Positions 25,618-40,086 are shown, counted from the stretch's first letter. The stretch is DNA of 64,000 nt from Octopus vulgaris (GCA_951406725.2 OX597824.1:94550001-94614000); one strand, 5' to 3'. Made by a program: numbers and translations. The notes: generated by a model not told the origin, from the letters alone.

Positions 25618-26183
25618 TTGGGTTGTCCGGAAAGTCCGTGCTGATTTTTAAAGGAAAGAAAAAGGTCAATAAATACTTGCCATTACATTTTTAATCAACC
25701 AAATATGAACCATTTTGTTGCACAATGCGTCTCCATCTTTCCTTTATCTTGAAAATACCCTCTTCCCAGAATTAAGGTGGTTTCATGGCAAAGAATTCCC
25801 CAAGGTATCTTTTTACGTCATCCAAGGAATTGAAATTTTTACCATTAAGACTATTCTGCAGAGACCTGAATAAGTGGAAATCTGAAGGAGCAATATCTGG
25901 TGAATATGGAGGGTGGGGTAACACATCACAGCCAAGCTGCAGCAATTTTTGTCTGGTTCCCAAAGCATCAAGTGCCGAAAATGAATTTTCTTATCTTCAA
26001 TTTTAAAGGGTTACAAAATTAACACAGGTTATAGGAACATAAATCTTCTTCCACAAAAAGATAGCTTAAACTGCGCTCTAAATGGAGGTGTAGTCAAATC
26101 CTATTTTATGGACTCAACCATGTTCTAAAATAAGTCGAAAGGTAAGCTACTATAAATCGGTATGAACTTTCCGGACAACCCAA
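25618..26183 (-). mobile_element. Internally deleted mariner transposon
   Basis: TA TSD; TIR TTGGGTTGTCCGGAAAGT; N-terminal remnant EDKKIHFRHLMLWE joined to C-terminal LPHPPYSPDIAPSDFHLFRSLQN (YSPDLAP motif). Confidence 0.93.
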
Positions 26184-29100
26184 TAGATGGAAACTGAACG
26201 AAGCCTCTGATATGCGTGTGTATGAGAGAGAGAGAGAGAGAGTTGTTGTCTCCTTGTCTTGATATCATTTGATTGCTGTAATCAAGTGTCACTGTTTTAC
26301 AAGCAGTGTCTTTTGTTTCCAGTCTTTCCATGAAAACATGTCTCATCACAAGGAAATATTACCTTGGAAACAATGTTGTTTGGACACAAGTGAGGTTTGG
26401 CATCAAGAAGGGCATCCAGCTTTGGAAAATCTGTCTGAATAAATTCCATCTGACCCATGCAGGCATAGAAAAGTGGATGTTAAAAGTTTGTGGCAAATCT
26501 TGTATCATCATCATCATCATCGTTTAATGCCCGTTTTCCATGCTGGCATGGGTTAGATGGTTCGACTGGGGTCTGGGAAGCCAGGAGGCTGCACCAGGCC
26601 CCAATCTGATCTGGCAGAGTTTCTACAGCTTGATGCCCTTCCTAATGCCAACCACTCTGAGAGTGTAGTGGGTGCTTTTTATGTGCCACCAGCACAGGGG
26701 CCAGAGGAGCTGGCAACGGCCACGATCAGATGATGCTTTTAACATGCCACTGGCATCAGCCACGTTTGGATGGTGCTTTTTACATACTACCAGCACGGGG
26801 CTCATAACTACAATTTCCATTTGATTTTTATTTTGATGTTGATGTTGATGTACTTGACTCAATAGGTCTCCTCAAGCACAGTATGTCACCCTATGATCCA
26901 AGGTAATTTTGGTATATCTCTCCAAAAAGAAACCAATTTAATGAATCAGGGATAAATGAATAATAGAACACAAAAGGAAAAAAGAGGTTTTGCTCCAGAG
27001 CCCCAAGTTGTCCTGAACATTGTGGATGGTTGCTGGGGGGATGCTTTTGCAGTCCAAGCAGAATGTTAGATAATTAGTTGGTGATGAGCATAACATAGTT
27101 CATAATTAAATGCTACTCAGATCATTAATGAATGAATCATTAATAAACAAGGATAGGTTTATAATGATATCAACCCATGCTGCCAGTGTGGCCTGATTTG
27201 CTCCCCATGCTGGTGGCACATAGAAAGCACCATCTGAACAGGATTGATGCCAGTCCTCTCCACCCCACCCTCACTGGCTCCCGTGTCAGTGGCATGTAAA
27301 AATCACCATCCAAATGTGGTCGATGCCAGTGCTCTCTGACTGGCTCCCATGCCAGCGGCACATAAAAAGCACCCACTACACTCTCGGAGTGGTTGGCGTT
27401 AGGAAGGGCATCCAGCTATAGAAACTGCCAGATCAGATTGGAGCCTGGTGCAGCCTCCTGGCTTGCCAGTCCTCAGTCAACCCGTCCAACCCATGCCAGC
27501 ATGGACAATGGACGTTAAATGATAATAATGATGGTGATGATGATGGCTACTACTGCCAGCTGCCTATCTTTGCTTCAATAACTCCTGTGTGAATATGAGT
27601 TCAATATGATCATCATTATTTAAAATCCACATTCCATGCTGGCCTGGGTAGGATGGTTTTGATAAGGGTCCAGTGGGTCCAGGCCTGCATCATACTTTGA
27701 CATGGCTTCTATGGTTGGAGGCCCTTCCTAATGCCAACCACTGTCCAGTGTGTAACGGGTGATTTTTTTACATGGCAGTGGCTCTAGCAAGATTGTGACG
27801 CAACTGGCAAGACTATGAGCCTTCAGGGAGTTGGGGGTCAGCTTTATGCTAGGGAATGAGGGATTAAAGTATGGTGAAGATAAGGGGTTGGTCAGAGAAG
27901 ATATTTGTAGAAGAGATATGAGTGGTCAGTAAGTGTTGCAAAGCTAAAGAAAAAAAAAGATACCAGTAATGCACATAGGTATCATGGTTTACTGAATATT
28001 TCTGTGATATACACAGGAGTGGATGTGTGGTAAAGAGCTTGTTTGCCAACCACAAGGTTTTGGGTTCAGTCCCACTGCGTGGCACCTTGGGCAAGTGTCT
28101 TCTATAGCCTCAGGCCAACCAGAGCCTTGTGAGTGGATTTGGTAGACGGAAACTGAAAGAAGCCTGTCATATATATATGTGAGTGTGTGCATGTGTTTGT
28201 CCTCCCCACCATTGCTTGACAACTGATATTGGTGTGTTCAGCAAAAGGGACCGATAGAATAAGTGCAAGGCTTACAAAGAATGAGTCCCGGGGTCGATTT
28301 GCTCGACTAAAGGCGGTGCTCCAGCATGGCCACAGTCAAATGACTGAAACAAGTAAAAGAATAGAAATTTATTGCAAACTGGATTATCTCACAAAAGAAG
28401 TAATCTTTTTAGATGATGTGGTGAGTAACACAAATGATTGGATAAGGTTGGGATTTGATAGGAAAGATAAAATATAGGTGATTTGAGGAGGAGGAGGAGA
28501 GGGAGAGGAAGGTGTGTCCCTAGTGCCTGAGTGAGGTGGCACAAGACCAGCCACCTTTGAGGGGCAGAAACTACTGTAGTATGTGCAAAGAAGACAGTGA
28601 GATGGGGTATCATCATTTAACGTCCACTTTCCATGCTGGCATGGGTTGGACTGTTTGACTGAGGTCTGGCAAGCCAGTGGGCTGCACCAGACTCCAGTCT
28701 GATCTGGTAAGATTTCTACTGCCAGATACCCTTCCTAACGCCAACCACTCCAAGGGTGTAGTGGGTGTTTTTTATGTGCCAGCAGCACAGGAGCCAGTCA
28801 GTGGGCACTGGTATGTAAACTTTTATTTGTTGCAGTCATTGGACTATGGTGTTGCTGGAGCATGGCCTTTCAATGTTGGTCAAACAGTTTGATCCCACCA
28901 CCACCCAGTTCTTATTTCAAGTCTTGCCCTTATTTTGTTGTACATACATAACACACAGAGTTTCATTCACAAATCATTGATCATCCTGGGGCTGTTATAG
29001 AAGACACTTACTCAAGGTTCCATGCAGTGGGACTGAACCCAAAACCATGGGGTTGGCAAGTAAACTCCTTAGCCACACAGCCATACCTGCACCCCAGCCA

Positions 29101-30547
29101 GTGCTTTTGGGCCTACTGTATAACCTAGTATAACCTTGGGGGTCTAATGGAGGGAGTGGCAAACTCCAGGGGTGTGGTACACACTCTGGCTGCACTGCTG
29201 TGGAACCGGAACGTAAAGGATGTTTGAAAAATATGGACATATTATATTAATATGACATATTATATAATAATGACATATTCTATTAACGCTCTTTTTATTT
29301 TCCATCTGTTGCTAAATGCAGGCATCTTGCTGTCCTGTGGTTTTATGACTCAAAGTAATTAAACAGTATGTTTTTAATTTTTTTTTTTTTTTCCAAAGAT
29401 TGTGAAGTACAGGTCTGAACTGAAAAGAAAGAGAAAAACAGAAAATAGGAAGTTTTAAATGGTGACATTAATAAAAGAGACATTTGCATAAACGTATTAT
29501 AGAAAACACACACACACACACACATGCAAATATGTAAATCAGTGTTGTAGAAATAGTGTTGTTCATATATTCTTAAATGAATATTCTTTTAGTGTGTCCT
29601 ACATAGAAGCAACAGCAACAGATGTTTGTACTGAGGTAATCACTAAAGAGGAAAATGAGATACAGCAAATTGATTTCTCATTCAGCTTAAACATGTCTTG
29701 TTATTTAAAACTAGGTGAAATGTGACTTCCACATGAAGAAAAAGAGATTCTATTGATTCCTGTTTAGACATCCGTTGAAGAAAAAATTGATGTTATCCTA
29801 CCAAAGGAAAGTCAATAAGCCAAAGAGGAAGATTCTTCATGGAAGAGTTTCATACAAAGAAAATGGTGAAGAGAATGCTGCTCTTTGATTGGTTCAAATA
29901 AGTGAAAAATACTACGTAGCATGGCTGGGTGGTAACAAACTTGCTTCCCAACCACATGGTTCCATATATATATGCATGTATATACATAGGCACAGGAGTG
30001 GCTGTGTGGTAAGTAGCTTGCTTACCAACCACAAGGTTCCAGGGTCAGTCCCACTGCATGGCATCTTGGGCAAATGTCATCTACTATAACCTCAGGCCAA
30101 CCAAAGCCTTGTAAGCGGATTTGGTTGATGGAAACTGAAAGAAGCTCATCATATATATATATATGTATTTATAACAACTGATGCTGGTGTGTTTACGTCC
30201 CCATAACTTAGCGGTTCGACAAAAGTACTAGGCTTACAAAAAATAAGTCCTGCAGTCGATTTGCTTGACTAAAGGCAGTGCTCCAGCATGGCTGCAATCA
30301 AAATGACTGAAACAAGTAAAAGAATAAAAGAAAACATATATATATATACTTATATATACACACATATATATATATATACATATATCTATGTATGTATGTA
30401 TGTATATATACATATATATAAATGAAAGAACGACGTCAAACGAAGATGTTAACAAAATTCCTTTACTCTCGACATATGTCTTATATATATTCTTATATAT
30501 ATATATATATATATATATGAGTGTGTGTGCGTATGTATGTATATATA

Positions 30548-30583
<36 letters not shown>

Positions 30584-31292
30584 CATCATCGTTTAACGTC
30601 CGTTTTCTATGCTGGCATGGGTTGGATGGTTTGACCGGAGAGAGACAGACACACAGAGAGGCATGTATATACATACAACATGCTTACGTACAGGAATAAC
30701 TACACACACACACACATCACAGCACAGACACCCACGTTAATTACTCACAAGGTACACTCACACATATAAACGTCGAAATGGCTAGAGAGATAAAGAGAGA
30801 TTAACGGATATATTAACAGCTAATTCCACTTCCAATGTGGAAAGATAATCTCCCGTCGTTTAAATCTCAGTTGCCTCCCTTGATTAATTAAACGTGGCAG
30901 TTGCCGAGCAATGACCTCGTTAGTAAGTTCCCAATGGCCCAATCATTGATTTACTGCATTTCTGAGTCTACTGCGCCGGAGTATCAGTTATTCAGTATAC
31001 CTCGTGTAATTTGATTCCTGAAGGACCGGCTTTGTGCTTTTCTGATCGATTTTAAAGTTCATCGCTGGAAAATAAATCCCACGCATATCTACCTACCTAT
31101 CTATACATCTACCTGTCTATCTATATATCTATCTACCTACCTATCTGTTAGTCTGTCTGTCTATGTGTTTGTTGGTTTATCTGTCTGGCTTTCTCTCAAT
31201 CTATCCGTCCATCCATTCATATGTCTATATAATTCTCATATAGTGATACTTCTGTAAGAAGTTTGACGTAGAATACGATACGAACCTTGTGG

Positions 31293-31340
<48 letters not shown>

Positions 31341-32252
31341 TCTGCCATGTGGAATTTTGCTCCGATGGTTAAATTAACTATTGATTGGGAATCGCTGGTT
31401 CTGCCTAAAAACAAAAATGTTGAGGTGTTAACACAATCCTTTCTACTGGAGGCACAAGGCCTCATATTATGGGGAAGAGGACTTGTCGATTACATCGTCT
31501 CCAGTATTTCACTGGTACTTAATTTGTCGCCCCCGAAAGAATGAAAGGCAAAGTCGACCTCGGCGGAATTTGAACTCAGAACGTAGCGGCAGACGAAATA
31601 CCGCTAAGCATTTCGCCCGGCGTGCTAACGATTCTTATTTCTTTATTGCCCACAAGGGGCTAAACATAGAGGGGTAAAACAAGGAAAGACAAAGGTATTA
31701 AGTCGATTACAACGCCCCCAGTGCGTATCTGGTACTTAATTTATCGACCCCGGAAGGATGAAAGGCAAAATCGACCTCGGCGGAATTTGAACTCAGAGCG
31801 TAATGACAACGATTCTGCCAGCTCGCCACCTTAATTAGTGTTACCATAATAAAGAGACTATTAGAAAAACTAACTTGAAATAATACTATTGCGAGGGAAA
31901 ACAGTATTAGACAATGAGTACTGGATCGAAGGCATCGCTGGAGCAGAGGTAAAATGTCCAACAGTCTCTTAGAACGGTCTGAGTTCGAATCATAACGGTG
32001 TTGGTTTTGCTTTTCATCTTTCCGTGGTCAATAAATTAGTATCCCAGCCAAAAACCGGCATAGATCTAATTAACTATTCTCTTCTTCAGAATTATAACTT
32101 TATTACATAAATGTTAAAAACTATATTATTTTTAATATTTCGGCAAGTACGGGAGGCAACTCAGGACAGATTTTGTATTTTTCCGACTTCGTCAGTGAAA
32201 TTTAGACTTCACCGCAATTGCCAATGTAATGATAAGAGAATCGCTAATTCAC

Positions 32253-33500
32253 TTAATAAAATTGTGACAATGTTAAGACAGAAAATAAGCAATATTTTGA
32301 GTCATAATTTCGTGTCTTTATATCCAGGATCAATGCCCCGTTACTTAGATGCACCCGTGAATATTGTCCGGAAATTTCGATCTTCCTGATCTTACTGGAA
32401 ACGATGTCTTTCTCTACCAGTTGGTTGAGTGATACCAACTGGACCTGTAATGTTAATAGACACAACATGAACGAAAGGGAATCTTCGTAGTTGCTCAAAA
32501 GGCTATGAACAACGGCCAAAGTCCTTCAAATCACATCCTACCAATGGCATAGCCAGGTGGAGAGAGATCTAGCCCGGGCCAAAATCTCTCTGGAGTTTGA
32601 AGTCGAAGACATTGAATAAATGAATCCCTTCAACAAAATAATGAATTCCTCCTTCCAGAGGAGAAAATAAATTGAGTCCTCGTGAGAACAAATATATAAA
32701 AACAGATGTGTCGCCCGAAAGATAAGAATAGGTAAGTCAATCTCCGGAGGTGCTGGGAAATTACTAAAAGTTGTGTAGGGCCAGTGACATGGTTAGAGAG
32801 TGTGCCGCCATGGAGAACCCTTCAGTTTGTCACCCCCGTCCTCGTTCGCTCCCCATATAAGATTTATACACCAGACCCAAAAGTGTCGCTCCCATGAAAA
32901 CGTCGCCCGCTGCGGACTTCACTCCTCAGTCACTCTATTTATCCTAGTGTGTAGAATATCATTGGGTTTGTTATTCATAAAAGCGGGCGATAATGGATCG
33001 ATGAAGGCCTTGTTCCACAGTGAACTCAAGATTCGTAAACATTCTGCTATTCTTTCAATCGATGAAGATTTTATCCTGACGATCGTAGGACGAGCCCCAT
33101 TTCTAGTTAAAGGCTTTGAACCAGTGACTGTTGTTCTCGAGTTGTTTTTGCTGTCGCTGTTGAGCGAAGCGGTCTTCGTCCCAGAGCTCACAAGATGGGA
33201 GAAGTCCGAAACGTGGTCCTTTGCTATTCGTAAGACCCGCAGAAGAGAAATCAGGTCAACCCTCGACACCGAGAGCATCGACGGATGGATGAATGCGCAT
33301 CCAGGCTCAGTGGTTGCGTAGGAAGTCGGGGACTGTTTTTTGCTGCTGGAGCTATTTCTCAAGGATGTTAACCTGGACAAGGGTATTGGGAACCTGGGTT
33401 ACTACGCTGGTAATATTTAAACAAACGGTAATACGAATACGTTTGATACTGAATGACCGAAGTAGGTGCCAGAATAGTGTTGAGTAAAGCAAATGTCTAC
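32253..33500 (-). pseudogene. Unidentified degraded coding-like island
   Basis: ORFs 32919-33380 and 32253-32519 are in the same minus frame, with only four stops over ~375 codons; no microsatellites; no motif recognised. Confidence 0.35.
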
Positions 33501-33604
33501 GCGTGGGACTATGCTCCAGATTTCCTTTCAGAGTTTAATCCCTTAGCTTTAAACAAACTTAAGTAACTCCGAGGCAGCAGTGATGTTTTTACTATGTTAA
33601 AGAA

Positions 33605-33888
33605 GGCGGCGAGCTGGCAGAAACGTTAGCACGCCGGGCGAAATGCTTAGCGGTATTTCGTCTGCCGTTACGTTCTGAGTTCAAATTCCACCGAGGTCGA
33701 CTTTGCCTTTCATCCTTTCGGGGTCGATAAATTAAGTACCAGTTACGCACTGGGGTAAATATAATCGACTTAATCCATTTGTCTGTCCTTGTTTGTCCTC
33801 TCTGTGTTTAGCCCCTTGTGGGTAGTAAAAGAAATAGGTATTTCGTCTGCCGCTACGTTCTGAGTTCAAATTCCGCCACGGTCGAATT
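33605..33888 (+). mobile_element. SINE family A: head, one unit and the start of a second unit
   Basis: GGCGGCGAGCTGGCAGAAACG head; junction GAAATAGGTATTTCGTC. Confidence 0.9.
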
Positions 33889-33975
33889 TGAGGCAATCCA
33901 GTGCCACTACACAAAGAAGATTGGCTCGGCGAACCAGATGAGCTAGAGAGAAGACGTGAAAGCTATGCAGTGATA

Positions 33976-34186
33976 TACGAGGTTCTGGCTGAAAAGGTTC
34001 TGGCTTTGGGTAAAAGAAAACACAGGAGGATCAGTTATTTATGATTTTATTCAACGTATTCCCCTCTCAGACTCACACACTTATTGCAGCGGTCCTTCAG
34101 TTTTTCTAAGCCCCGTAAAAGGACTCGGAAATTTGGACTGTAACCTGGCCTTTTGCAATACTCTTAAAGTCAGGAACTTTTCAGCA

Positions 34187-34190
<4 letters not shown>
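33976..34190 (-). mobile_element. Mariner-derived MITE
   Basis: TACGAGG..GCTGAAAAGGTTCTGGCTTT / AAAGTCAGGAACTTTTCAGC inverted ends; minus-strand remnant LKDRCNKCVSLRGEYVE*. Confidence 0.75.
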
Positions 34191-34261
<71 letters not shown>

Positions 34262-35023
34262 TTATGGTTATAAGAGATAATGGTGTCATTGAGACCCGAA
34301 GGTGTCAGGTAATGCTGAATAAGTGCTATAGTTCCTGATTCGGTAATATTGCAAATAGAGGATTCAACGTTGGTTCTATGTCAGCATGTGTATATAAGAA
34401 TTTTTTGCGTAGTGCGTTGAACAGTTATGATTAGCGGTATTTCGTCCGTCTTTACATTCTTCATTCAAATTCCGCTGAGGTTGACTTTGCTTTCAAACGG
34501 TGGTGCATCAGCATGGCTGCAGCTCTGAGCTGAAACTACAGTTAAAAAAATATATATAAATCCCTGTAATGGGAGGGTCATTATGCCAATAATAAAGATA
34601 CGCACTGGTTCTTTCACTTCTTTGATTTATTCTATTTTCATTATTATTTGGTGGGAGGGGGAGTCAGTTGGTGAAACATTGAACCATTTAACTGATCAAT
34701 TGTTTGATTAATCGTCCGGTCAACCAATAATTCAGCCTGGCATCTCAAACTCCTTTCGTCACACCATCCATGACCTCCTCAATGACGTGCTTTCTTTACT
34801 CCTGGTTTGCTTCAGGTCTCTCGCGAATGGTGATAAAAGTACTTTGATGAACCTTGCTGATTAACTGACGAAGCGATTAATCAAATTAATTGGCCAAATT
34901 GTTAACCAATGGACATTAAAAAAACAAAACAAAAAAATGAAGTGAACCTGAATCAGAGCATGTGTTTATTATTGGTTCACGTCAAGAAACTTGCAAACCA
35001 AATACAAAACTGAAACTTGTGTG

Positions 35024-35095
<72 letters not shown>

Positions 35096-35568
35096 TGTGT
35101 GTATGTGTGTGCACACGTGTGTGTACGAACCAACATGTAATTTAGTAAGTAAGAATTACTGGAATGAAGTTATGTTAATGATGATGTCGTTATCACTAGA
35201 TTTAGAATTTATTACCTGTACGTCAGCACTTCTTTCACTGGTACTATCTATTATGTTAATCTTTGCTTTGGGCATATTATACATCCATCCATACATACAC
35301 ACATACATACATACATCCATACACACATACATACATACATACATACATACATACATACATACACACATATATACATACATACATACATACATACATACAT
35401 ACATACGTACGTACGTACGTACATACATACATACATATATATATATACATATATATATGTATGTGTGTATGTATGTATGTGTGTATCTCTCTCTCTATAT
35501 ATATATATGTATGTATGAATATATATGTATATATATGTATATATGTATACGTATGTATGTATATACCT

Positions 35569-35604
<36 letters not shown>

Positions 35605-36381
35605 CTTTTATGATTAATACACTGTTGTTTCTCTCTCTCTTTCTCTTTCTCTCTTTCTCTCTCTCTTTCTCTTTCTCTCTCTCTCCTCTTTCTGGTATTG
35701 TAGCGTGTAATGAAATGCGTTCCATTGGCACCTTGTTGTAAACGCATGTTCAGTCGCCGAGAAAGTGCTGTAGTTGTAGTTGAATGACCAACATTATAGC
35801 CTGAACCATTACGTTTATGATTTCCATCTCTGTATATATCTTTATAGTTTACATTTTTATTACATACAGATTACATGCTTTGCAGATAAGTTTGTGGAAT
35901 ATATGTAGACCACATTTTTTTGTTTGCACAAAGGCTTATAGATTACACCTAGATTAAATGCTAGCAAATATATTTCCGTATGATACTTTTGAATACGTCT
36001 GTATTTAACTATATAGATTACCTCCAGATTACATGTATGTATGTATGTATGTATGTACGTACGTACGTATGTATGTATGTATGTATGTATGTATGTATGT
36101 ATGTATGTATGTATGTATGTATGTATGTATGTGTGTATGTGTGTATGTATGTATGTATGGATGGATGGATGGATGGATGGATGGATGGATGGATGGATGG
36201 ATGGATGGATGTGTGTATGTATGCATGTATGTATGTATAAATGTATATATGCATGTATATATGTACGGATGTATATAAGTATGTATGCATTTATGGAAGT
36301 ATGTATGTATGCATGTATGTATATATGTATGTATCTATGTATGCATGTATGTATTAATGTGGGAATGCTTTGTGAGTGTCT

Positions 36382-36636
36382 GCAGTTATAAGAACACATG
36401 TGGGAGTTATAAGGACACATGTGGCAGTTATAAGGACACATGTGGGAGTTATAAGGACACATGTGGCAGTTATAAGGACACATGTGGGAGTTATAAAGGG
36501 CACATGTGGCAGTTACAGGGACACATGTGGGAGTTATAAGGACACATGTGGCAGTTATAAGGGCACATGTGGCAGTTATAAGGACACATGTGGCAGTTAT
36601 AAGGACACATGTGGCAGTTATAAGGGCACATGTGGC
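36382..36636. repeat. 21-bp minisatellite (G[C/G]AGTTATAAGGACACATGTG), about 12 copies
   Basis: Read directly; GC and GG variants alternate in the first units. Confidence 0.95.
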
Positions 36637-36872
36637 ACCTATTTTTCTCTCACTAAACAAAGATTTACATCATCTTGCTGTTCATAGGTGTGGCTATGGT
36701 TTTGTGGTTAGGAAACTCGCTTTGCAACCACATGTTTTCAGGTTCAATTTCCCTGTGCAGCACACCTCGGGCAAGTGCCCTCAACAGTAGACCCGAACCA
36801 AACAATGTTTTATGAGTGAATTTAGAAGACAAAAACCGTATTTTGAAATTCCGTCATGTATGTGTGTGTGTG

Positions 36873-36922
<50 letters not shown>

Positions 36923-37784
36923 TGTGAATGAATGTATGTATGTATGTATGTATGTATGTATAATGAAATTATTGTATACAGTGCTCAGGTGCACCACAAC
37001 TTGTCAAAAGTGCGTATAAAGCATATGCAGTAATGTACAAATGTCTGGGAAGTGAACAGTGTATGAGTCAGATACACGCTTGCGTGTGTATGGAGGGGAG
37101 AAAATCAGGTGTAGTGTTGGCGAATCTCAGGAAGCATGGAAGTTTTGAAGGATGCAGGTAAGTTTTGAAGGATGCAGATATGTTTGTATACGTGTGTCCA
37201 TGTATTAATGTTTGTCCTCAACCACTGCTTGACCAACAGGGTGCGATAATTTACCTTCCCATAACTTAGCAGTTCAACAAAAGACACCGACAGAATAAGA
37301 ACCAGGCCTAAAAGAGAAAAATAAACACAGGAGTCGATTTATTCGACTAAAACCCTTCAAGCCGGTTACCCCGGCATGGCTGCAGTCCAATGATCGAAGC
37401 CAATAAAAAAAAGATATAAGAAGGTGAAAAACGATTTGTTGTTTCGAAACGGAAGTCTGTGTCACGCAGAAAAAAAACCTTTCAAAAACAGGGTGAAAAG
37501 GTTATGCAAATGAATGAAATGACGGGTTTTCATTATCATTAGTACATCGCTGGAACCAGCTTTGATGATTCCAATAGATGTCTTGTGGTTTCTGAAGATA
37601 TTGGCATTCTTTTATTTATGTTCTCAGTATAAAGTCTTTGAAGATTCTGATATTACTGGCATCATTTCCTGCAGAACGCTAACAGATAAGATTCTCTTTC
37701 ATCGTTTGCGCTACCTATAATCTTATATACCAATAGAGATAGATTGATAGGTTGATAGATAGATGGCTAGAGAGAGAGAGAGAG

Positions 37785-37846
<62 letters not shown>

Positions 37847-37898
37847 TACATTTATCAATTCGTTTCGCAAGATCCTTATACATATATATATAAACATA

Positions 37899-37959
<61 letters not shown>

Positions 37960-39212
37960 ATATGTATATGTATATGATCTAATATATGATATATGATATG
38001 AATATGTCGTGATAAGATATTTCCTATAATCTACCCGACGCTTAATGGATGGTAAGTTTCGGCAACTGGAATACTTTTAAGTTTGGCAGACAAAGGTGTC
38101 TTCGTTAATAGCTTTAGTTATATGTAAACACACGTGCGTGCTCATGCATGCATGTAGTACGTACGCGTGTGTATGTTTAAAATATACAAAGTCACATTTC
38201 GAGGAGAATAAAATTCTTTTTCTAAATTTCTTCCAACCGATAGGCTATGATTCAATAACTTTAAAGGCTTTTACCTTGTATTGTTATTAATTTCTAGAGA
38301 AAATAAATATGCTTTTCGTCATCAGTATGCAAAACTGTGACAATGTAGAAAATTTGAGACAATACTTTATTTCGTTAGGAGAGTGTTATGCATTGTTTCG
38401 TTTGTGATGGGATGATAGACAACTCAATGAAGGCATTGTTATTGTTTTACGTGTTTGTTTTGCTTATCCTGTTTAGGAACTGTCAATATACAGTGGAGTG
38501 ATACACATTGTGTGTATCCGCTTTAGACACAGTTCGTACTGTTTACTAACAAATAGTGCTAATAGTGGGGATGTATTCTACACACGTATACCTACGTATA
38601 CACATAGATATGAATGCGTAACAGAGAGGACTAAATATTAAACTTTTGCGATATATATATGTAGTGAATTGCTTCTTGGATTCTTAGCCAGGAATCAAAA
38701 CCTTAGTCGAGATTTTTCTACGGGTTCCTTCTTGTTGCTCTTAACACATTAGCACTTAGAAATTTATTAGGGTCAACTTTCATACATAAAGTTCTATTGT
38801 TTAAGTTAACATTTTTGAGTAAATTACAGTTTAACAGAGACAAACTAATTTACTTCCCGTTGTTCTCCGACCTACATCTAGTTTTGCAACTTGTATAAAT
38901 AAAGTACCCAAACTCAATTCCATCTCTTTTGCCGTTTTCAGGAAGGATCTCTTTTGTAATGACTTGTCACTGTAGGACTCCACAACTTTCACTCTCTCTA
39001 TTTGTCCAGCCCCGAGAGGTGACTTCTCTTATTCTTTCGCTCTCCTTCCATCTGTTCTAGCAGTCAACAAAAGATGAACTTAACCACCTACAGAACAGAT
39101 AACAGAACTACAAGAAATATTTGTACATCAACAACTCAAAGAAGCTGCTTCTTATATTGTAACGATGAAATAAATGCCATATTAACTATTATTTCCCTTC
39201 TACCATTTCTTT

Positions 39213-39462
39213 CTGGGAACGGTGCGTAAAAATCTCGAGAAGTACATGGAACAAATAGGGGCTGCAATAAAGGTGGAGCACTTTCAGAAAACAGCACTGC
39301 TTGGAACCTCTTGAATATTTCATAAGATGCTCGAAAAATAAGAGGTGTTACCTTAGTTCACTGGTAGTGAACAGCTGACATTGTAATACATCTCCAGCGT
39401 TAGAGGCTGCGCAAAGGCAATGATGATGATGATGATGATGATGATAATAATAATAATAATAA
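39213..39462 (+). mobile_element. R4/Dong-like LINE 3' end fragment
   Basis: LGTVRKNLEKYMEQIGAAIKVEHFQKTALLGTS*IFHKMLEK*, 3' UTR, (TGA)n(TAA)n tail. Confidence 0.7.
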
Positions 39463-40041
39463 TCTTTTCTACTAAAGGCACAAGGCTTGAAATTTCGGAG
39501 GAGAGGACTGGTTAATTACAATCGACCTCGGCAGAATTTGAACTCAGAACTTAAGAACGGATGAAACGCTGCTATGCATTTTGTTCGGCGCGCTAACAAC
39601 TCTGCCAACTCGCTACCATAATATTAATGGTTTTCAAATTTTGGCACAAGGCCAGTAATTTTGAGGAGAGGGATGCAAGCCGATTAGGTCAATCCCACTA
39701 CTTGACATGGGGTTTATTTTATCGACCTCAAAAGGACGAAACGCAATGTTGATTTCGACAGGATTTGAACCCAGACCGTAAGGATCTGCGAGTAATACCG
39801 CACGGTATTTTTGTCGGACGCTCTACCAATTCAACCAGTTCCCTGTCTTATTCGTGTTTATAAATATTATACGCTTTTAAAGAAACCCTGTCGCCCTTCT
39901 ATACAAATCTTCTGATAGTTTAATCGTAACTCTTACATAACCGAACCATGTGGTTTGCTGGTAATTTATAGCATACTAGCAAACCCCCGACACGACCACC
40001 ACCACCACCACCACCACCATCACTAATATCATCACCATCAC

Positions 40042-40086
<45 letters not shown>

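Noticed and set aside
29769-29816. Possible alternative ZIP9 last exon (TSVEEKIDVILPKESQ*)
   Set aside because: Only an AG and a short frame; no homology, and it would delete the last transmembrane helices.
33605-33700. tRNA gene
   Set aside because: A/B-box heads continue into SINE bodies and no complete cloverleaf was found; the same applies to the other SINE heads.
38660-39205. Possible solo LTR (TGTAG start, TATA-like and AATAAA motifs)
   Set aside because: No clean CA end or TSD could be established.
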